Shown piece by piece: positions 32,152-39,461 of a stretch of 64,000 nt of DNA; the stretch's first letter is position 1; the number at the start of each line of letters is the position of its first letter. The position numbers and the translations under genes are program-made. The notes below the pieces were generated by a model, which worked only from the letters and a program-made list of their open reading frames with translations, searched no databases and had not been told where the DNA came from. The stretch is from Ignavibacteriota bacterium (GTDB lineage Bacteria; Bacteroidota; Ignavibacteria; UBA10030): the NCBI GenBank assembly GCA_963701295.1, contig OY969585.1, forward strand, positions 3,424,001 to 3,488,000, in the 5' to 3' direction.

Positions 32152-32189
32152 AATCTATATTTCTTTCTTGAGTTGTTAAGAGCAATTGC

Positions 32190-32376
32190 GCCTAACGGAT
32201 TGTGGCTAAGCTGCCGCACTGATAATTTTCAAAATACACAAAACGAAACAAGTTCATTGTAAGTACTTTCAAATTAAACCGAAACCTATGTCAGCCTTGC
32301 TTAACGTACCCATTTACCCGCCATGCTTTATCTTTGGGCGGGCGCTCATTCCGTCAGCTTGAGTTGCTGGTTAGCT
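32190..32376 (-). repeat. attC-like site (187 bp)
   Basis: gcctaac...ctaagctg...cagcttgagttgctggttagct on the plus strand. Confidence 0.88.
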
Positions 32377-32384
32377 GGGCGGCA

Positions 32385-32916
32385 TTAGAAACAGATGCCT
32401 ATACTACTGCCAAACCACAACTTGAATAATCCAGTGTATGGAGAAAGAAACGGTGTTGCGAATAACCGAAAATGTATTCCACCATCTGATGGTTGATAAC
32501 GGTATCCAAGCGAACCAACAAATACAACACCTGAACTAGAACTGTTGGTTTTAACTTGCGATATATCACCTGAGGATTCTCCGTTGGATATCAGATAGTC
32601 CATTCCCGCCCCGATTTCAAATTTGCTATTTCCATTCCCAAGTAAATAGTTGAAAATGATTGGGACGATATAAATCGGTACTGTGATCTCTTCCACTGTT
32701 AAAATTGAGATCGAATATTGAAAGCCCAACGCGGATGGTAAAGTCATTCGAAACAAATCGCTCATAATTTACCGAATAGAAAACACCAGATCCAAAAGCT
32801 TCCACATAGATTGCATTCCGTGAATCAGGAGACTGAGACAAACTTGGAGTGGATAGAACTATAATCCCTATACCAGCAAGTATGACTATTCTATAGAAAG
32901 ATTGAAATATCATCAT
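32385..32916 (-). CDS. Outer membrane beta-barrel protein cassette (1-bp frameshift near 32725)
   Basis: Two overlapping ORFs join into signal-NAIYVEAFG..SVNYER..VG-FQYS..LGYRYQP..FGSSIGICF. Cassette ends pair perfectly (gttagctgggcggca). Confidence 0.75.
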
Positions 32917-32932
32917 AATTATTTTGCCGCCC

Positions 32933-32966
32933 AGCTAACGGATTGGCGCTAAGCTGCGGTGCTGAA
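32933..32966 (-). repeat. Half attC (L'-R' only)
   Basis: agctaacggattggcgctaagctgcggtgctgaa; no matching cagcttgag..gttag arm nearby. Confidence 0.75.
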
Positions 32967-33129
32967 AACTATGGGAACAAAAAGGACAAACAAATTGAGC
33001 GACCCCTCTCCGAATTCGCCAAAGCCAATATATTTACTCAAAATCTACAATATCTACTTTCCAATAGCAAACAAAAACCCCAACGCATAACGTCAGGGTT
33101 CATGGGAAGCTCAAAGTCGCGCCAACATT

Positions 33130-34464
33130 CTATTTTTTTGATTTCAGTTTTTCAATCTCACTTACTAATTCAGTTTGCATCTGTTCATACTTATCGAGTT
33201 TATCTTTTAGCTCTTGAATAGCTTTTACCATTACAGGCAGGAGATTGCCCGGTGTTGCTTCAAGTTTCTCGGGATTATTTTTAAGAACAAGATCAAGCCA
33301 GTCGGCATTCTCTTTGGTCTGGACTTCATCAAGCTCTTGTGCAATGAATCCCGCACTCGGCATTTTCTGCATCTTACTTCCATCTGATTTATTGTCTTTA
33401 TACCACTCTCTTTTATCCCAGTTAAACAGTCGAGGTCTCAATTTCATTAAGAAATCAATTCCTAAGCTGAGATCATGAATATTTTTCTTATCTCGTGCAT
33501 CCGATAAGGCAGAAATGGATGTTACCTGACATCGAAGAGAAGTAATATTGCCATCGCCAAGTGTAATCTCATTAGATATGGTTCTTGCAGACGGCTGGGC
33601 ATTGTAACCAATTACAGTATTATTTGAGCCGGTGGTAATAATATTACCTGCATTATGCCCCAATGCTGTGTTAGCATAGCCGGTTGTGTTGAAATATAAA
33701 GATAACATTCCCAGTGCTGTGTTATAATAGCCGATCGTGTTGGAATATAAAGATACATCCCCCTCTGCTGTGTTATAATTGCCGGTCGTGTTGGGAGATA
33801 AAGAATTATACCCCACTGCTGTATTATCATGGCCGGTCGTGTTGTTAGCTAAAGAAGAAAAACCCACTGCTGTGTTATCAACACCGGTCGAGTTGGAAGA
33901 TAAAGAAGACACCCCCACTGCTGTGTTATAATTGCCGGTCGTGTTGGAACCTAAAGAAAACGTTCCTACTGCTGTGTTATGATAACCGGTCGTGTTGAAA
34001 CCTAAAGATGACAACCCCACTGCTGTGTTATAATAACCGGTCGTGTTGGAATATAAAGAAGACACTCCCACTGCTGTGTTATAATAGCCGGTCGTCAGGC
34101 TTTGAAGCGAGCTAAAGCCAATTCCGGTATTATCGCTTGACTGGCTACCGGTACCTGACATTGTGAAATTTCCTGAATTAATGCCAACAAATGTATTATA
34201 ACCACTGGTTCCGGAAGGCGCAAAATCGTGTATGAATCTGTTTCCACCTTTCATAATAACCCCGAGTGATGAGCTGGTTGTATTCAGCAGGGATAGGTTC
34301 TTGTTCAAAGATAAAAGTCCGTCCGATTGACTTAAAGTTAAAAAAGTCGTCGTATTATCTTTGATACTGAATAATCCTGTAGAACCAAGCGTGTTGGTTA
34401 TATTTTGAGAATATACCGGCAGGGCACATACTGCCAAAAGCAGAATGACTGTAATTGTTTTCAA
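33130..34464 (-). CDS. Exported fibre-like protein with 14-aa repeats and C-terminal intramolecular chaperone (Peptidase_S74-like)
   Basis: Signal peptide, about 11 repeats of NTTGxxNTAVGxxSL, SDARDKKNI, GFIAQE and a coiled-coil tail. Confidence 0.85.
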   Translation of the reverse strand: MKTITVILLLAVCALPVYSQNITNTLGSTGLFSIKDNTTTFLTLSQSDGLLSLNKNLSLLNTTSSSLGVIMKGGNRFIHDFAPSGTSGYNTFVGINSGNFTMSGTGSQSSDNTGIGFSSLQSLTTGYYNTAVGVSSLYSNTTGYYNTAVGLSSLGFNTTGYHNTAVGTFSLGSNTTGNYNTAVGVSSLSSNSTGVDNTAVGFSSLANNTTGHDNTAVGYNSLSPNTTGNYNTAEGDVSLYSNTIGYYNTALGMLSLYFNTTGYANTALGHNAGNIITTGSNNTVIGYNAQPSARTISNEITLGDGNITSLRCQVTSISALSDARDKKNIHDLSLGIDFLMKLRPRLFNWDKREWYKDNKSDGSKMQKMPSAGFIAQELDEVQTKENADWLDLVLKNNPEKLEATPGNLLPVMVKAIQELKDKLDKYEQMQTELVSEIEKLKSKK

Positions 34465-34861
34465 TTTTAATTCTCCTTCTGATTAATATAATTTATGTTT
34501 TTGTGATATTGCGGCGATTTGATTGAGTGTTTCCTTTTTTATTTTGAACTGTAAATCATTTCTCCCTTGTATGACACTCTTCATCGACTGGAGATATTTA
34601 TGCCTATTTACCTTGCAGCATAAGTTATTTGAAACGAAATAATGAAGAGAGGAGTGAATGAGTAGATTTACAGATCGGATAGTAGCACCTTAGCAACACA
34701 CCGACTCATTACTGCCCCATTGAACCTGAATGATCGCTGCTTTAATGGAATTCCGTATATAACATACAACACTTCTTATGATGTGTCAATAAAAATATTT
34801 CAAAATTCTCGCCCAAATATTCTTACGAAGTATTAAAAGATTTCTCCATGTTGAAATAGCT

Positions 34862-34921
34862 ATCAAGCCCCGTCATCGATGGGGCTTTTTATTGACTTGA
34901 CCTCCAAACGATTGATATTAT
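34862..34921 (+). repeat. Family B hairpin plus promoter (copy 3)
   Basis: ATCAAGCCCCGTCATCGATGGGGCTTTTT identical to the 24662 copy, followed by TTGACT-N18-TATTAT. Confidence 0.7.
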
Positions 34922-35027
34922 CTCTAAAATCGGTATAGGGTATATCCTAACAACAAATCATCCCTCTGCTGATACCTATTTCACAATTTAAATAGCACTT
35001 TGTTTTCATAATTATACGGAGGTTCCA

Positions 35028-35132
35028 ATGAAAGGAAGTATGCTTTATTTTTTGTTGTCTGCCCTTTTATTTTCGGTTGTTTATACTCAGGTTAAAAAGC
35101 AAAGCAATAAACCCGACGAGCTTTTTATTTAG
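35028..35132 (+). pseudogene. 34-aa signal-peptide-only ORF (gene remnant or small protein)
   Basis: GGAGG RBS; MKGSMLYFLLSALLFSVVYTQVKKQSNKPDELFI*. Confidence 0.4.
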
Positions 35133-35147
35133 AAATGGTGATACCAG

Positions 35148-35252
35148 TTCCGTCATCACCGACGGCGTTTTTATTCGGTAGTTCGAACCAGAAGCGGCGA
35201 TAGTTGCCGCTTTTATTTACTGGTTGACATCATTGCATATTTGGTGTATTAT
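35148..35252 (+). repeat. Family B terminators plus promoter (copy 4)
   Basis: CCGTCATCACCGACGGCGTTTTT, then TCGAACCAGAAGCGGCGATAGTTGCCGCTTTT, then TTGACA-N17-TATTAT. Confidence 0.7.
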
Positions 35253-35295
35253 TTCACATTAATGAAATCACGAATATTTTAAATCTTCTTCAGGT

Positions 35296-36000
35296 ATGAA
35301 ACTAACCGAATTCAAGAGATATCTTCTCATCGTTTGCCTGGCGGTTTTTGCTATAGAATCCTGCGACAGCCAACCGTCCACGCGCATCCTGTTCATTGGC
35401 AACAGTTACACATTCATTAACGGCGGTCTCGACAAACAATTGAAAAGACTGGCTCCTTCAATTGAAACAGAGTGCATTGCTGTAGGTGGATACACTCTTG
35501 AGAATCATTGGACTAATGGCGATGCTGTCCGAATAATTCGTGAGGGCAAATGGGACTATGTCATTTTGCAGGAACAAAGCCAAATCCCAGTCATTAATCA
35601 GAAAAAGTTCTACGACTTTGCGAGAAAGTTCGATGAGGAAATCCGACGCAATGGTGCAAAGACCATCCTCCTCATGACATGGGAACGGCCCGATAGTAGA
35701 GAATTAGGAGTCACGACGGACAACTTGACGGCAACTTATGCAGCTGTTGGGAAGGAACTAGACGTCAAGGTAGCCCCAGCAGGACTAGCCTTCGCACGCG
35801 CCATTCGTGACAAGCCCGAACTTGCACTGTACAGTCAGGACGGACATCCAACCGTGGAGGGAACTTACTTGGCAGCATGTGTGCTTTATCAAACAATATT
35901 TGAAAACAGTCCTGTTGGAAATCCGTATTCGGAGAGATCTATTCCCGCTGAAATGAAAGCTTATCTACAAGGAATAGCCGCAGAAAATTCTGGAATGTGA
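35296..36000 (+). CDS. SGNH/GDSL hydrolase family protein, probable lipoprotein
   Basis: ILFIGNSYT, WDYVILQEQS and DGHP motifs. Confidence 0.85.
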   Translation: MKLTEFKRYLLIVCLAVFAIESCDSQPSTRILFIGNSYTFINGGLDKQLKRLAPSIETECIAVGGYTLENHWTNGDAVRIIREGKWDYVILQEQSQIPVINQKKFYDFARKFDEEIRRNGAKTILLMTWERPDSRELGVTTDNLTATYAAVGKELDVKVAPAGLAFARAIRDKPELALYSQDGHPTVEGTYLAACVLYQTIFENSPVGNPYSERSIPAEMKAYLQGIAAENSGM

Positions 36001-36025
36001 CTCAACATTTATAGCTGTTTATTTT

Positions 36026-36104
36026 TGCTTGAACTAGAAGCGGTGATGTGTGCGTTGCCGCTTTTTTTCTGGTTGAAGTTTGAATAAATAAAGTGTAAAG
36101 TTCC
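36026..36104 (+). repeat. Family B terminator plus promoter (copy 5)
   Basis: TTGAACTAGAAGCGGTGATGTGTGCGTTGCCGCTTTTTTT, then TTGAAG-N17-TAAAGT; spacer similar to copy 1 (aaataaagtgta.agttcc). Confidence 0.7.
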
Positions 36105-36133
36105 AATTGTCAAATTAAGTAGGCGCTCGTCTG

Positions 36134-37312
36134 ATGATGGAGGTTAGAATGGAACTACCAAAAACGTACCGCTGCTCAAAACTGCTTGCCGTTATCTTCT
36201 TCGTTGTTATGTTGTTCCCGATTGCTATTTTTATTTCTGTAACCTGGAAATCTCTCTTTGAAAGGTCATGGGATATATTGCCGGCACTAGGATTCCTGAT
36301 CCTTATGATAGGTGTGCTGATTGTTCCGAGAATCATTCAAGTATTGAGAAGTTATCTACGAATAGAAAACGACCGATTCATCCTCAGAACCTTGGGGCAA
36401 CCAAAAGAAATTCTATTTCCCCAAATTAAAGGGTACCGCATTGCCGAACGACAACCAATGCGTCTTGTGTTGAAGGACGAAGCGATGAAAGATGTGGTTA
36501 TACAAAAAACCTTTAATGATTTTCAAGAGATTAAAATATTCATTGCAGAAAAATTTGTTGATCTGGACGAGTTAGAAGCAAAAGAAGAAGAGAAAAGAAT
36601 TCTTGAAAATACGGAATTAGGACTTACAGAAGGTGAACGAAAGGTGTCCTTAAAGAAAGCAAAAGTGATTGTTCAGGTACTCATCTATGGAAGCCTCGCT
36701 ATTTCTGCTTGGGTACTGTATCCCAAACCATATACCGTAGCGGTTACGATCTGTGCTGTTTACCCAATGTTAGTGCTTTTTTATATGGTATACGCAAAAG
36801 GATTGGTAGGATTTTCGGTTCGTCCAAAAAGTCCAAAACCCTCTGTGATTCGCGCAATATTATTTCCTGTGATTGCATTGAAAGTAAGGACAATCGTCGA
36901 TTATGATTTTATTTCCTATGAAGAGCTCTTCGTTTATTCAGCCGCGATAGCAGCGATGACGGGACTGACGATAGCACTTCGTGTAGAAAATATTCGCAAG
37001 AAAAGAGACGAACTATTCTTTGGAGTTTTACTCTCAGGAGCATATGCCTTTGGAGTGTTGTCGATGGTGAATTGCGTTTATGATCCTTCTGTATCACAGG
37101 TATATCATACGACAGTATCCCAGAAAACAATAAGTCATGGACGGTCGACGAGTTATTACATCTGGATTCCTCCAATCGGTCCTATTCAAGAAGAAAAAAA
37201 GATTTCCGTATCACGTAGAATGTATGATAACATTCAGATAAAAGAACCTATCAATTTACACGTGAAAGCAGGCACTTTGGGAATGTCGTGGATTTACTTG
37301 TCAAAACAGTAA
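36134..37312 (+). CDS. Multi-TM hypothetical membrane protein
   Basis: 392-aa ORF with about 8 hydrophobic segments. Confidence 0.75.
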   Translation: MMEVRMELPKTYRCSKLLAVIFFVVMLFPIAIFISVTWKSLFERSWDILPALGFLILMIGVLIVPRIIQVLRSYLRIENDRFILRTLGQPKEILFPQIKGYRIAERQPMRLVLKDEAMKDVVIQKTFNDFQEIKIFIAEKFVDLDELEAKEEEKRILENTELGLTEGERKVSLKKAKVIVQVLIYGSLAISAWVLYPKPYTVAVTICAVYPMLVLFYMVYAKGLVGFSVRPKSPKPSVIRAILFPVIALKVRTIVDYDFISYEELFVYSAAIAAMTGLTIALRVENIRKKRDELFFGVLLSGAYAFGVLSMVNCVYDPSVSQVYHTTVSQKTISHGRSTSYYIWIPPIGPIQEEKKISVSRRMYDNIQIKEPINLHVKAGTLGMSWIYLSKQ

Positions 37313-37442
37313 TCACAGGATTAATCCACCCTGGAATCTTTTTTCTGAATTATAGCGATTTGGGGTTGTTGAAGTCGTTACGAGTTCGGGATGTTTTTAA
37401 ATTTTATAGCGATTGAACGGTTTTCGGTTGGGGAACCCGCAA

Positions 37443-37602
37443 TTCGTCATTTCGACAACATCATAGATAGTGACGAGATGGCAAGATGTATATTGCCATA
37501 TTGCCAAAGGGCAAAACTGTATGGCAAGATGACAAGATGGCGAAATGTGTTTTGACATTGCCAAGTGTTCTATAGGGTATGTGGCAAAGTGGAAATGGCA
37601 AA
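37443..37602. repeat. Second cluster of iteron-like inverted repeats
   Basis: ttgccaagtgttctatagggtatgtggcaaagtggaaatggcaaag resembles the reverse complement of 23041-23086; also tggcaagatgacaagatgg. Confidence 0.65.
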
Positions 37603-37669
37603 GTTCGTATTTCATTCCCCCTGTTGCTCCTGCTCGCTGAACACGAATCTGTATGTGCGTGTTGGTTGC

Positions 37670-38704
37670 AGGTTCGGTTCAAATTTAAGGTCATTTTGTT
37701 CACCGTCCCATGTAGCTGCTCAGGCTGCAGGTGACTGTATACCTGCGTCATTTGGCTTGAAGAGTGCCCAAGTAATTTCTGCACCTCGTAAAGTGAAGCC
37801 CTAACTTGACAAGGTTAAAAGCAAAGGAATGTCTAAGACTGTGAAAGTGCAAACGTTGGTCGAGCTCTGTCTCCTTCACATACGTCTTAATTTTTTTCGA
37901 GATGTAATCCTTGCTTAGCTTGCTTCCATTGAGATGGAATACCAGAGAGGTCTCACTTTTCGCTTTGCTAAGTCTTTCCTCAAGCATCGTGGAAAGTATA
38001 TCACACATTGGCACAATTCGGTTTCGTTTGGTCTTGATGGAAAAAGATTCTTTGTTTTGGACAAATATAACTTTGCAAGTGATATCGATATCGGACCACT
38101 CCAAGGATGATAGTTCCGAAAGTCTCATACCTGTCAAGAAAGCCATTATGACAAGCTCTCGGAAATCTTGATCATTGATTGTCTCGATGAAGATTGAGAA
38201 TTCTTCACTGGAAAAGTAAACAGGACTGATTTCCTTCGTCTTTGGCTTTGCCACTTTTACAAATGGATTCTCTGTTATTAGATTCCAACGTTTTGCAGTT
38301 TCAAAAACACTTCTAAGGCAAATATAAACACATCTCGCCCTCCATTCACTTGCATCTTTTGTTTTGGTGGCAAGTATCTTCTCCACATCTCTAATTGTGA
38401 CCTGATGAAGTGAAATGTCTCCAATAATTTCGCGGAAGTCTTTTAATGCGTATTTATATCCTTCATGAGTTCTTACCTTGTGGATTGATGCTGAATAGAT
38501 AAGATAATCAGCTTCAAATGATGAAAAGGATTTGTAGGTATCCCTCACCTTAAAAAGCTCCTTAAAATTACTGAGAGCCTTCAATGTATCGGTTTTGAGA
38601 AAAGCCTTAGTCGATTTCCAACGTTTGCGTCCATCTTCGACATAAATGATATACCATAAACCGTTGGAACGTTTGAAGAGTGAAAACTGAATTGCTTCGG
38701 ACAT
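37670..38704 (-). CDS. Phage-type tyrosine recombinase/integrase with 1-bp frameshift near 37800 (3' boundary approximate)
   Basis: N-terminal arm-binding-like region, TGMRLSEL, KTKRNR and HSLRHSFA. One extra G at 37799-37801 gives LGASLYEVQKLLGHSSSQMTQVY with the catalytic His and Tyr. No IntI-type insertion seen. Confidence 0.9.
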
Positions 38705-38718
38705 CGCTTCGCCTTTCA

Positions 38719-38740
38719 GTTAGCAATTCCGTTAGCAATT
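38719..38740. promoter_or_regulatory. Putative integrase arm-type sites
   Basis: GTTAGCAATT x2 at 12-bp spacing, matching 12619/12631. Confidence 0.65.
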
Positions 38741-38774
38741 TATCGATAAGGAATAAAAAGTGAGGATATTGAGC

Positions 38775-38847
38775 GGATTCGAACCCCCAAGGGCTTACGC
38801 CCGCCAGTTTTCAAGACTGGTGCAATAGCCGTTCTGCCAGCTCTCCA
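38775..38847 (-). pseudogene. 3'-truncated tRNA-Ser(TGA), right att repeat
   Basis: tRNA 5' end through GGTTCGAATCC, then diverges; the 3' acceptor strand is missing. Confidence 0.9.
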
Positions 38848-38888
38848 ATCAAATTTTTTCAATTGACATTTGAATCTTCTCTATGGTT

Positions 38889-38917
38889 AAGATAAGGAAA
38901 GATGATGCCTGAATCAA
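38889..38917 (-). promoter_or_regulatory. Probable native tRNA promoter
   Basis: Minus strand TTGATT-N17-TATCTT, about 40 bp upstream of the truncated tRNA. Confidence 0.55.
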
Positions 38918-38955
38918 GAATAGAAGACGTAAGCGACATCTATGGATTCATTCAA

Positions 38956-39414
38956 TCAAGGGATATCTGACTGCTTTTTTAGCGTGCGCCGTAATCGATA
39001 GAATGTTATACTAATTCCTTGTCCTAGGATACCGCCTACAATATCTATTCCTACATCCACAACGGAAGATGTACGCGATACCACAAATGACTGATGGTAT
39101 TCGTCTGTTACCGCAACGAAAATTACAATCATCAACGAATAAAATACCCATCGCCAATGTCTTTGAAATTGAAGAGTATTACGAAAAGAATGAAAAAGCA
39201 AGAGACTCGTGATGCAATACTCAGTCACATGGGCTGATTTACGGACAAAAAAATGAATGACATCAAATTCTCTCGCAGTAATATGAGGTACAAGGAAGCG
39301 AAGGAGAGGTTCAAGAATTCGAGAAGTATTCTCTGCTGAAAAATATTCAGTTGATAGAAAAAAAATACAGCAAATCCAAAGAACGACTGGTATCCAGTTT
39401 TTTATACTTTGCAT
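38956..39414 (-). CDS. VanZ family protein
   Basis: RKSAHVTEY and DEYHQSFVVSRTSSVVDVGID. Confidence 0.9.
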   Translation of the reverse strand: MQSIKNWIPVVLWICCIFFLSTEYFSAENTSRILEPLLRFLVPHITAREFDVIHFFVRKSAHVTEYCITSLLLFHSFRNTLQFQRHWRWVFYSLMIVIFVAVTDEYHQSFVVSRTSSVVDVGIDIVGGILGQGISITFYRLRRTLKKQSDIP

Positions 39415-39461
39415 AGTTTTATGTACTTAGGAATAATAATAAAATTTTTTATTGTTCGCAG

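Larger units (their letters stand above)
12495..38847. mobile_element. ~26.3-kb genomic island integrated in tRNA-Ser(TGA)
   Basis: Identical 73-bp direct repeats at 12495-12567 and 38775-38847, tyrosine integrase next to the right repeat, accessory cargo between housekeeping flanks. Confidence 0.92.

Noticed and set aside
15690-32376. Repeats as a CRISPR array or as MITE/IS ends
   Set aside because: Units are 156-195 bp separated by whole genes, with no cas genes, transposase or target duplications. The box structure matches attC.
37670-38704. Integrase as the integron integrase IntI
   Set aside because: No IntI-specific insertion is visible before the HxLRH box, it has an arm-binding-like N-terminus, and it lies beside the tRNA att site rather than an attI.
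12495-38847. Complete prophage or conjugative element
   Set aside because: No capsid, terminase, portal, relaxase or T4SS genes; only an integrase and a helicase remnant.
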